Shown piece by piece: positions 27,899 through 35,634 of a DNA stretch of 64,000 bases (the stretch's first letter is position 1; every line of letters starts with the position of its first letter). A program made the translations under genes and the position numbers. The notes below the pieces were generated by a model, which ran no database searches, was not told where the DNA came from, and was given only the letters and a program-made list of their open reading frames with translations. The stretch lies in the NCBI GenBank assembly GCA_035491895.1, contig DATJJY010000088.1:12592-76591 (forward strand). The letters run 5' to 3'. Origin of the DNA: Gemmatimonadales bacterium (GTDB lineage: Bacteria > Gemmatimonadota > Gemmatimonadetes > Gemmatimonadales > GWC2-71-9).

Positions 27899-28884
27899 CC
27901 GATTACCGGGAGGCGGACTTCAGCCGGTTGAAGACCGTCCCGATCGCCGAGCGCCGCAACAAAGTCGATCCCACCCTCCTCGCCCACCCCCCCGGTAGCG
28001 ACCTCGGCTTTCGCGCCTTCTGGAGCTCGCTCCCCGACATATTGGCCGCGCGCGATCTGCGCGTCGTGGCGGACGCGGTCGCCCGTGCCGCGGGGCGCCG
28101 TGCCGTCGTGGTGATGCTCGGCGGGCACGTCATCAAGGTGGGGCTCGGGCCGCTGCTCGTGACGCTGCTCGAGCGCGGCGTGATCACCCACGTGGCGATG
28201 AACGGCAGCGCGGCGATTCACGACTTCGAGCTCGCCGCCTTCGGCGGGACGAGCGAGGATGTGGCCGCGGGCCTGGCCGATGGCACCTTCGGGATGGCGG
28301 AAGAAACCGGGCGCGAGATGAACGCGGCGCTCGCCGCCGCGGCGGCGGCCGGCCGCGGCGCCGGCGAGGGACTCAGCGATGCGCTCGCGAGCCGGCAGCC
28401 GTTGCCGGGCGGACCGGCCTCGGTGCTGGTGGCCTGCGCGCGGCGCAACGTCCCGGTGACGGTCCACGCGGCGGTGGGGGCCGAGATCATTCATCAGCAC
28501 CCGAGCGCCGACGGCGCCGCGATCGGCGCGACCAGTCACCGCGATTTCAAGCGGCTGGCCGCGAGTCTCCCGGCGCTGCAGGACGGAGGGGTCGTGTTGA
28601 ACCTGGGGAGCGCGGTCGTGATGCCCGAGGTGTTCCTCAAGGCCCTCACCATCGCCCGGAACCTCAACGCCGGGAAACCGACGGCGTTCACGGCGTGTGA
28701 CTGCGACATGCAGCGACACTACCGGCCGCGTGTCAACGTCGTCGAGCGCCCCACGCTGAACGGCGGGCGCGGCATCCAGCTGACCGGCCACCACGAGATT
28801 CTGGTGCCCCTGCTCGTATGGGGCGTGCTCGCCGCGCTGGACGGGGCGAAAACGACGACGGGGTCATCGTCGTCCGGACGATGA
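27895..28884 (+). CDS. conserved hypothetical protein, possibly deoxyhypusine-synthase-like fold
   Basis: ATGA overlap with the upstream gene. VVMLGGHVIKVG...VITHVAMNGSAAIHDFE loosely parallels the DHS pattern (..GYTSN..SSG...VDVLVTTAGGVEEDLIK). The function call is weak. Confidence 0.4.
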   Translation: MTDYREADFSRLKTVPIAERRNKVDPTLLAHPPGSDLGFRAFWSSLPDILAARDLRVVADAVARAAGRRAVVVMLGGHVIKVGLGPLLVTLLERGVITHVAMNGSAAIHDFELAAFGGTSEDVAAGLADGTFGMAEETGREMNAALAAAAAAGRGAGEGLSDALASRQPLPGGPASVLVACARRNVPVTVHAAVGAEIIHQHPSADGAAIGATSHRDFKRLAASLPALQDGGVVLNLGSAVVMPEVFLKALTIARNLNAGKPTAFTACDCDMQRHYRPRVNVVERPTLNGGRGIQLTGHHEILVPLLVWGVLAALDGAKTTTGSSSSGR

Positions 28885-28891
28885 CCCCGTC
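28857..28891. terminator. perfect 15-bp hairpin between convergent genes (encloses a stop codon)
   Basis: GACGGGGTCATCGTC-gtccg-GACGATGACCCCGTC. On the minus strand it is followed by gtcgtcgTTTTc. On the plus strand no T-tract follows. Confidence 0.5.
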
Positions 28892-28911
28892 ACAACCCGC
28901 GGCAGAATGGA

Positions 28912-29130
28912 TCAGGCCGCGTCGCGCTTGCCGCGGATGGTGTCGCGCACCCGGTCGGCCGTAGCGGGGCTGATCACCCGCAGCACTACGTAGAAGATGA
29001 ACCCGATCGCGGCGAGCCAGAGGACGGTCATCAGGATGCTCATCAGCCCGCCCAACAGGCCGAAGATGATCTTGAGCCCGATCCACACCAGCACGGCGAA
29101 GATCGCGAAACCGAGAATGCTTCGAAACAT
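28912..29130 (-). CDS. small membrane protein (72 aa, two hydrophobic helices)
   Basis: ATG at 29130 follows GGGAGG. The sequence is MFRSILGFAIFAVLVWIGL...WLAAIGFIFYVVL. Confidence 0.45.
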   Translation of the reverse strand: MFRSILGFAIFAVLVWIGLKIIFGLLGGLMSILMTVLWLAAIGFIFYVVLRVISPATADRVRDTIRGKRDAA

Positions 29131-29142
29131 ACGGCCTCCCAA

Positions 29143-30309
29143 GTGGCCCCACAGGTCAACGGATCGTACGCCGTGACACCCGCGGGAGTTTCAGGGTCCG
29201 ACATCGCCGTCGTGGGCGGCGGAGTGATCGGCGCCGCGTGCGCCCGGGCCGCCGCCCAACGCGGCCTCCATGTCACTCTCTTCGCCCCCGGTCCCGATCC
29301 GGCCGCTGCGTCCGCGGCATCGGCGGGGTTGCTCGCCGCCCAGATCGAGTCAGCGGATCAGCGCCTCCTGCCACTCGCCGTCCGGGGACGGGATCTCTAC
29401 GCAGACCTGGCCGCCTCGCTCAAAGATACTACAGGCACGGACATCGGTTTCCAGCCCATCGGCATCGCGACATTCGCCTTCGACGAGACTCAGGCCGAAA
29501 CGTTGTGGGAAGTCGTAGCGGAGCAGCGACAGGCGGGGTTGCGCTGCGATTGGCTGGAACGCGCCGACCTCGACGAGCAGTGGCCGGGCGTCGCCCCCGA
29601 AGCGTGGGGAGCGCTGTACGCGACGGAGGACGGATGCCTCGATCCGGCGGCCCTGACCGCGGCCCTCCTGACCGACGCGCGCCGCCTCGGCGTCCGGGTG
29701 AGCCGGGAATCGGTGCAGCGGGTCCTGACCGTCGGCGGCCGGGTCATGGGAGTGACCTCCGGATCGACCAGCACGCCTGCGGGACAGATCGTCATCGCAG
29801 CGGGCGCCTGGTCGCCGCTCGTCGAGGGGCTGCCCCGTCCGCTCCTGGTGGAGCCGATGCGCGGACAGCTCATAGCGATCGATTGGCCACCGGGATTCCC
29901 GTCTGCCGTCTTCTATCATGGCCATGGGTATATGCTGCCGCGCGGGAGCGAGGCGATCCTGGGCAGTACGATGGAGCACGTCGGGTTCGACGCTCGCACC
30001 ACAGAAGCGGGCTTGTCGGAGATCCGCCGATCGACCGCGCGGCTCTGCCCCGCGATCGCGCAGGCACCGGTGCGGCGCAGCTGGGCGGGACTCCGCCCCG
30101 TGACCCCGGACGGCCTCCCCATCCTGGGCGCCGACCCCAACATCGCAGGACTCTGGTACGCCACCGGCCACGGTCGCAACGGCATCCTCCTCGCCGGCAT
30201 CACGGGCGAGATCATCGGGGACCTCGTTGCGTCCGGTCAAACCGACATCGATATCGGCGGTCTCTCGATCACTCGCTTCGCAGCCGATCAACTGAGAGCT
30301 GAGCGCTGA
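29143..30309 (+). CDS. thiO: FAD-dependent oxidoreductase, glycine oxidase (ThiO)-like
   Basis: Dinucleotide-binding DIAVVGGGVIGAA and a C-terminal ATGHGRNGILLAGITG typical of ThiO/DAO enzymes. The start is GTG 29143 or GTG 29173. Confidence 0.6.
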   Translation: MAPQVNGSYAVTPAGVSGSDIAVVGGGVIGAACARAAAQRGLHVTLFAPGPDPAAASAASAGLLAAQIESADQRLLPLAVRGRDLYADLAASLKDTTGTDIGFQPIGIATFAFDETQAETLWEVVAEQRQAGLRCDWLERADLDEQWPGVAPEAWGALYATEDGCLDPAALTAALLTDARRLGVRVSRESVQRVLTVGGRVMGVTSGSTSTPAGQIVIAAGAWSPLVEGLPRPLLVEPMRGQLIAIDWPPGFPSAVFYHGHGYMLPRGSEAILGSTMEHVGFDARTTEAGLSEIRRSTARLCPAIAQAPVRRSWAGLRPVTPDGLPILGADPNIAGLWYATGHGRNGILLAGITGEIIGDLVASGQTDIDIGGLSITRFAADQLRAER

Positions 30310-30326
30310 TGGCTGACAGCTGAGAG
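30292..30326. repeat. heptamer tandem repeat (CTGANNG x5) spanning the thiO stop
   Basis: ctgagag ctgagcg ctgatgg ctgacag ctgagag. TGA occurs at 30293, 30300, 30307, 30314 and 30321, covering all three frames. Confidence 0.9.
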
Positions 30327-30328
30327 CG

Positions 30329-31327
30329 ATGTACACCTCCTGCGCCTTCTGCAACGCGACGCTCGACGGCGATGGTGGCCCCTCGGGGCTCGGCGTCGGG
30401 CGCCGCCTGGCGTTCGACGAGTGGAGAGCTCGGCTGTGGGTCGTGTGCCCCAAGTGCTCCCGCTGGAACCTCACGCCGCTCGACGACCGGCTGGAGCGCA
30501 TCGAGGCGGTTGCCCGCGCCGCCGCCGACGCGCGGCTCCTCGCCAGCACGGAGCAGGTCGCCCTGTTGCGCTGGCAGCGCTACGACCTCATCCGCATCGG
30601 CAAACCGTTGCGCGTCGAGCTCGCGGGGTGGCGCTACGGTGAGCGGCTGCGGGCGCGCAACCGCGAGCGGGCGAAGGTCGTCGTGCCGCTGACGCTCGCC
30701 GCGGTGGGACTGGGCGTAGCAGCCAACGTGGCGCTCGGTGGCTCGTTCGGCTTTCTCGCGTGGAACCTGGGGCGCACCGCCGACGACATCTACGTCTGGA
30801 TGGTCGGGACCCGGCCGGTTCGGCTCATCGAGCCCCCGATCTGCGACCATTGCGGCACCATCCTGCGGCTCAGGACGAGACACGTCCAGCACGCCCGCGT
30901 GGTGCCCGACTCTCACCAGGATCTCGCCGTGCTCGTCAGCTGCCCCACCTGTCACCGGGAAGCGGCACTGCTTACCGGTCCCGACGCCCACGCGCTGTTG
31001 CGCCAGGGACTCGCCTACCTCAACGTGCGCCGCTCGAGCCGTCGCAAGGCCGAAGATGCGGCGCGCGTCGTCGACGAAGCGGGAGGCGCCGATCAGCTGA
31101 TCAAGAACGTCGCGCGCCGCGAGCTGACGCTGCGCTCCCTCCGGCCCGAGGGCCGCCTGGCGCTCGAGATGGCGGTCGATGAGCGCGCCGAAATCCTCGA
31201 GCTGGAACGGCAGTGGCACGAGGCGGAGGAGATCGCCGAGATCGCGGATGGGACCCTCAGCACGGACGCCGCCTTGGAGGAAGAGATCAAACGACTTAGA
31301 CGACAGGGCGATCAACCGTCCGGTTGA
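30329..31327 (+). CDS. hypothetical protein with two CxxC...CxxC zinc-ribbon-like motifs
   Basis: CAFCNATL...CPKCSRW and CDHCGTIL...CPTCHRE, plus two hydrophobic segments (VVVPLTLAAVGLGVAANVALGGSFGFLAW). It ends 13 nt upstream of lipA. Confidence 0.5.
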   Translation: MYTSCAFCNATLDGDGGPSGLGVGRRLAFDEWRARLWVVCPKCSRWNLTPLDDRLERIEAVARAAADARLLASTEQVALLRWQRYDLIRIGKPLRVELAGWRYGERLRARNRERAKVVVPLTLAAVGLGVAANVALGGSFGFLAWNLGRTADDIYVWMVGTRPVRLIEPPICDHCGTILRLRTRHVQHARVVPDSHQDLAVLVSCPTCHREAALLTGPDAHALLRQGLAYLNVRRSSRRKAEDAARVVDEAGGADQLIKNVARRELTLRSLRPEGRLALEMAVDERAEILELERQWHEAEEIAEIADGTLSTDAALEEEIKRLRRQGDQPSG

Positions 31328-31339
31328 AAAACGGCTTTC

Positions 31340-32299
31340 ATGGTCGTTTCGCGAACGCTATCTTCACCGCCCATGGCCGTACCGCTGATTCAAATCACGC
31401 CGCAGCGACAGGGAGCCCCCTCTGTTGGCCCAGGAGCCCCTGAGCGAAAGCCCGCGTGGCTCAAGGTCAAAGCTCCGGGAGGGGCGACCTATCTCACCGT
31501 AAAACAGATGATGCGGGACTTGCGGCTGCACACCGTGTGCGAAGAAGCCCACTGTCCCAACATCGGCGAGTGCTGGGAGCACCGCGCCGCCACCTTCATG
31601 ATCCTCGGGGACGTGTGCACGCGGAACTGTGCGTACTGTGCCGTGGCCCACGGCACTCCAGCCCCCCTCGACACGCAGGAGCCCGAACGTCTCGCCGCTG
31701 CGGTGGCTCAGCTGGGACTGCGCCACGTCGTCATCACGAGCGTCGACCGTGACGATCTGCCGAACGGCGGCGCGGAGCTGTTCGCCGCGAGCATCGCTGC
31801 GATCCGGCAGCGACTTCCCGAGACGTCGATCGAGGTCCTGATCCCCGATTTCAAGGGCAGTGCTGCGGCGCTGGAGATCGTGGTGGCCGCCGCCCCCGAC
31901 ATCCTGAACCACAACCTCGAAACGATCGAGCGGCTGTATCGCATCGCCCGCCCCGGGGGCCGCTATCCGCGGGCGCTCGAGCTGTTGCAGCGGGCGAAGC
32001 AGCTGAACCCGGGCGGGCTCACCAAGTCCGGTCTGATGTGTGGTCTCGGAGAGGAATGGGACGAGCTGATCGGCGCGATGCATGACCTGCGCGCGCAGGA
32101 CGTGGATATCCTCACGCTCGGGCAATACCTCCGCCCCTCGGATGCGCATCTGCCGATCGCCCGCTGGTACACGCCGGCCGAATTCGCCGAACTGAAGCGG
32201 CTGGGGGCCGAGATGGGATTCCGGCACGTCGAGTCGGGCCCGCTCGTGCGCTCGAGCTATCACGCCTGGGAGCAAGTGGAGGCAGCGACCCAACCATGA
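31340..32299 (+). CDS. lipA: lipoyl synthase
   Basis: CEEAHCPNIGECW plus the radical-SAM motif CTRNCAYCAV. The start is 31340 or ATG 31373. Confidence 0.92.
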   Translation: MVVSRTLSSPPMAVPLIQITPQRQGAPSVGPGAPERKPAWLKVKAPGGATYLTVKQMMRDLRLHTVCEEAHCPNIGECWEHRAATFMILGDVCTRNCAYCAVAHGTPAPLDTQEPERLAAAVAQLGLRHVVITSVDRDDLPNGGAELFAASIAAIRQRLPETSIEVLIPDFKGSAAALEIVVAAAPDILNHNLETIERLYRIARPGGRYPRALELLQRAKQLNPGGLTKSGLMCGLGEEWDELIGAMHDLRAQDVDILTLGQYLRPSDAHLPIARWYTPAEFAELKRLGAEMGFRHVESGPLVRSSYHAWEQVEAATQP

Positions 32300-33294
32300 C
32301 GACCGCGACCGCACAGCCCACGAAGGGCGACACACAAGGAGCACAGCAGCGCCGCATGTTGCGCGAGATGCTCCTGATCCGCCATTTCGAGGAAAAGGCC
32401 GCCGAGGCGTATGCCATCGGCAAGATCGGCGGCTTCTGCCACCTCTATATCGGGCAGGAAGCGGTCGCGGTCGGCGTGTCCGCGGCCCTCGAGCCCACCG
32501 ACTACGTCATCGGCTCGTACCGCGAGCACGGCCAGGCATTGGTGCGCGGCATATCGGCGCGCGCCGTCATGGCCGAGTTGTTCGGGAAGAGCACGGGCTG
32601 TTCCGGCGGCAAGGGCGGCTCGATGCACCTGTTCGACGCGGAAAAGCGTTTCATGGGCGGTCACGGGATCGTGGGGGGCCACCTGCCGCTCGCTACCGGT
32701 CTCGCCTTTGCGATCAAGTATCGCGACGGGGACGAGGTGTGCGTCTGCTTCTTCGGCGAGGCGGCGGTAAACATCGGGGCGTTCCACGAGGCGCTGAACA
32801 TGGCGTCGGTATGGAAGCTGCCGGTGATCTTCCTGTGCGAGAACAACCGCTACGGGATGGGCACCGCGTTCGAGCGTGTGGCGGCGGTGACCGATGTCGT
32901 GGAGCACGCCTGCAGCTACGACATCGCGGGCGAGGTCGTGAACGGGATGGACGTGCTCGAGGTGCAGCAGGCGGTGCAGCGCGCGGTACAGCGCGCCCGC
33001 AAGGGCGGCCATCCCACCCTGCTCGAGGTGCGGACCTACCGCTACATGGGCCATTCGATGTCCGACCCGCTGCACGGCGTCTACCGCACGAAAGACGAGG
33101 TAGAGGAACAGAAGAAGAAGGACCCGATCGTCCAGCTCACGCAGCGCCTGCGCCAGGACGGCGTCCTCGATCAGGCGGGGTTCGATGCGCTCGACGCGGA
33201 GGTGCGTGCCGAGGTCGAGGATGCGGTGAAATTCGCCGACGAGAGCCCCGACCCCGTCGCCGAAGAGCTGACGGCGCACGTGCTGGCGGACTGA
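32296..33294 (+). CDS. pdhA: pyruvate dehydrogenase E1 component, alpha subunit
   Basis: LLIRHFEEKAAEAYAIGKIGGFCHLYIGQEAVAVG and YRYMGHSMSDP (PdhA type). ATGA overlap with lipA. Confidence 0.85.
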   Translation: MTTATAQPTKGDTQGAQQRRMLREMLLIRHFEEKAAEAYAIGKIGGFCHLYIGQEAVAVGVSAALEPTDYVIGSYREHGQALVRGISARAVMAELFGKSTGCSGGKGGSMHLFDAEKRFMGGHGIVGGHLPLATGLAFAIKYRDGDEVCVCFFGEAAVNIGAFHEALNMASVWKLPVIFLCENNRYGMGTAFERVAAVTDVVEHACSYDIAGEVVNGMDVLEVQQAVQRAVQRARKGGHPTLLEVRTYRYMGHSMSDPLHGVYRTKDEVEEQKKKDPIVQLTQRLRQDGVLDQAGFDALDAEVRAEVEDAVKFADESPDPVAEELTAHVLAD

Positions 33295-33297
33295 CCC

Positions 33298-34278
33298 ATG
33301 CCCACGATCACGTACCGGGATGCCCTGAACCAGGCGTTGCGCGAGGAGATGCAGCGCGACCCCAACGTATTCCTGATGGGCGAGGAGGTCGGCCTCTACC
33401 AGGGCGCCTACAAGGTGAGCCGCGGGTTGCTCGAGGAGTTCGGCGCCAAGCGCATTGTCGACACGCCGATCGCCGAGCTCGGGTTCGCCGGGATCGGCGT
33501 CGGCGCGGCAATGGGTGGGTTGCGTCCGGTGGTGGAGTTCATGACCTGGAACTTCGCCGTGCTGGCACTCGATCAGATCGTCAATTCCGCGGCCAAGATG
33601 CTCTACATGTCCGGCGGCCAGATCCCCATCCCGATCGTCTTTCGCGGACCCAATGGGGCCGCGCTGCAGCTCTCGTCCCAGCACTCGCAGGCGTGGGAGT
33701 CGTGGCTGTCGCACATCCCCGGCCTCAAGGTCGTCGCCCCCGCGACCCCCTACGACGCCAAGGGCCTCCTGAAGGCGGCGATCCGCGACAACAACCCGGT
33801 CATCGTGCTCGAGGGCGAAATGCTCTACAACAACAAGGGCGAGGTCCCCGAGGGCGAGATCGTGGTGCCGATCGGCCAGGCCGAGGTGAAGCGCGAAGGC
33901 GCGCACGTCACCCTCATTTGCCACTCCAAGACGGTGTCGATCGCTCTCAAGGCGGCCGAACAGCTCGCGACCCAGGACATCGCGGCCGAAGTCATCGACC
34001 TCCGCACGCTGCGCCCGCTCGACGACGCGACGATACTCCGCTCGGTGGCGAAGACCAACCGCGTCGTCGTCGTGGAGGAAGGCTGGCCCCAGTGCGGCGT
34101 GGGCGCCCAGGTGGTCGATCTCATCCAGCGCGAAGCGTTCGACCAGCTCGACGCGCCGGTGCTGCGCGTCACACAGGCCGATGTGCCGATGCCGTACAAC
34201 AAGCAGCTCGAGCGGCTCGCCAAGCCGTCCGCCGAAAAGGTGGTCACGGCGGCCCGGCGCGTCCTCTACCTCGACTGA
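33298..34278 (+). CDS. pdhB: pyruvate dehydrogenase E1 component, beta subunit
   Basis: ITYRDALNQALREEM..DPNVFLMGEEVG.YQGAYKVS.GL, a typical E1-beta N-terminus. Confidence 0.85.
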   Translation: MPTITYRDALNQALREEMQRDPNVFLMGEEVGLYQGAYKVSRGLLEEFGAKRIVDTPIAELGFAGIGVGAAMGGLRPVVEFMTWNFAVLALDQIVNSAAKMLYMSGGQIPIPIVFRGPNGAALQLSSQHSQAWESWLSHIPGLKVVAPATPYDAKGLLKAAIRDNNPVIVLEGEMLYNNKGEVPEGEIVVPIGQAEVKREGAHVTLICHSKTVSIALKAAEQLATQDIAAEVIDLRTLRPLDDATILRSVAKTNRVVVVEEGWPQCGVGAQVVDLIQREAFDQLDAPVLRVTQADVPMPYNKQLERLAKPSAEKVVTAARRVLYLD

Positions 34279-34279
34279 C

Positions 34280-35560
34280 ATGGCCACCACCGTCGTGATG
34301 GAAGCGCTCTCCCCGACGATGGAGGAGGGGCGGATCGTGAAGTGGTCCAAGGCCGTCGGCGATGCGGTCAAGACCGGCGAAACGCTGGCCGAGGTCGAGA
34401 CCGACAAGGCGGTCATGGAGATCGTCGCCCGCGCCGATGGGCAGCTCCTCAAGCAGCTCGTCGCCGAGGGAGCGACGGTGCCGGTGGGGGAGGCGGTGGG
34501 GGTGATCGGTGCGCCGGGGGAGAGCGTTGCGACGACCGCTCCGGCTGCGCCCGCGAAGAAGCCGTCAGCCGTCAGCTCTCAGCCGTCAGCCGTCAGCTCT
34601 CAGCCGTCGGCTGTCAGCCCTCAGCCGTCAGCCGTCAGCTCTCAGCCGTCGGCTGTCAGCCCTCAGCCGGTCCCCCCAGTGGCCCCTGCTGACGCCACTC
34701 GCGTAGTGAGAGCCTCGCCGCTCGCGAAGCGGCTCGCCAAGGAACGGGGCGTCGACCTGAAGCTGGTGCAGGGATCGGGTCCCGGGGGACGCGTGATCAT
34801 GCGGGACCTGGAGGGCGCCGTCGCCGTTACCGCTCCCCGTGCGTCCGCCCCCGCCCCGATAGGCGGCGGTGCCCCATATCGCGACGTCCCGCTCACCCAG
34901 ATCCGCAAGACCATCGCCAAGCGGCTCGGCGCGTCGCTGGGACCAATCCCCCACTTCTTCCTCACGGCCGAAGTGGACATGGAGCGGGCCGCCGAGGCGC
35001 GCGCGGCGCTCAACCAGCAGCTCGGCGATCAGCAAGGGAAGATCAGCGTCAACGACATCCTGCTGAAGGCCACGGCCCTGGCGCTCGTGAAACACGGCGC
35101 CTGCAACGCCTGGTGGCAGGAGGACCACATCCGCTACTGGAACGAGGTCCACCTCGGGATGGCCGTGGCCGTCGAGGACGGGCTGATCACGCCCGTCATC
35201 CGCAATACCGACCGCAAATCACTGCTGGATATCGGCGCCGAAGCGCGCGAGCTCGCCGGCCGGGCGCGCGAGCGCCGCCTGAAGCCGGAGGAGTACACCG
35301 GGTCGACGTTTTCCGTCTCGAACCTCGGCATGTTCGAGATCGACCAGTTCACCGCGGTCATCAACCCCCCCGAGGCGGGGATCCTCGCCGTCGGGACGAT
35401 GGCCGCGAAACCGGTGGCGGTGGACGGCCAGGTGGTCGTGCGGCGGCGCTTGCGGATGACGATGAGCTGCGACCACCGGGTGATCGACGGAGCCACCGGG
35501 GCCGCATTCCTGAAAACCTTGAAGCAGATGCTCGAGAATCCGTTGGCGATGCTCTTATAA
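34280..35560 (+). CDS. dihydrolipoamide acetyltransferase (E2)
   Basis: Lipoyl domain (MEALSPTMEEG.IVKW...LAEVETDKAVMEI), E3-binding domain (ASPLAKRLAKERGVDL..V.GSGPGGRV) and catalytic CDHRVIDGA. Confidence 0.88.
   Translation: MATTVVMEALSPTMEEGRIVKWSKAVGDAVKTGETLAEVETDKAVMEIVARADGQLLKQLVAEGATVPVGEAVGVIGAPGESVATTAPAAPAKKPSAVSSQPSAVSSQPSAVSPQPSAVSSQPSAVSPQPVPPVAPADATRVVRASPLAKRLAKERGVDLKLVQGSGPGGRVIMRDLEGAVAVTAPRASAPAPIGGGAPYRDVPLTQIRKTIAKRLGASLGPIPHFFLTAEVDMERAAEARAALNQQLGDQQGKISVNDILLKATALALVKHGACNAWWQEDHIRYWNEVHLGMAVAVEDGLITPVIRNTDRKSLLDIGAEARELAGRARERRLKPEEYTGSTFSVSNLGMFEIDQFTAVINPPEAGILAVGTMAAKPVAVDGQVVVRRRLRMTMSCDHRVIDGATGAAFLKTLKQMLENPLAMLL
34565..34669 (+). repeat. 15 heptamer units (TCAGCNN) = 5 x 21-bp repeat encoding the E2 linker
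   Basis: tcagccgtcagctctcagccg repeated with minor variants. It is translated as SAVSSQP SAVSSQP SAVSPQP SAVSSQP SAVSPQP. Confidence 0.9.
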
Positions 35561-35622
35561 ATGCAGAATGATGAATGTCGAATGCAGAATTGTGCATTCT
35601 GCAGTTTGCATTCTGCATTCCA
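35560..35622. repeat. AT-rich heptamer-phased palindromic element between E2 and lpdA
   Basis: aatgcag|aatgatg|aatgtcg|aatgcag|aattgtg|cattctg|cagtttg|cattctg|cattcca. The segment gaatgcagaat (35580-90) pairs with attctgcattc (35610-20). An alternative 8-bp stem pairs 35583-90 with 35596-603. Confidence 0.85.
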
Positions 35623-35634
35623 AGGGGAGGCTCA

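Noticed and set aside
34565-34669. The 21-bp repeat array considered as a possible CRISPR.
   Set aside because: The units are directly tandem with no spacers. The array is in frame inside the E2 gene, and no cas genes are nearby.
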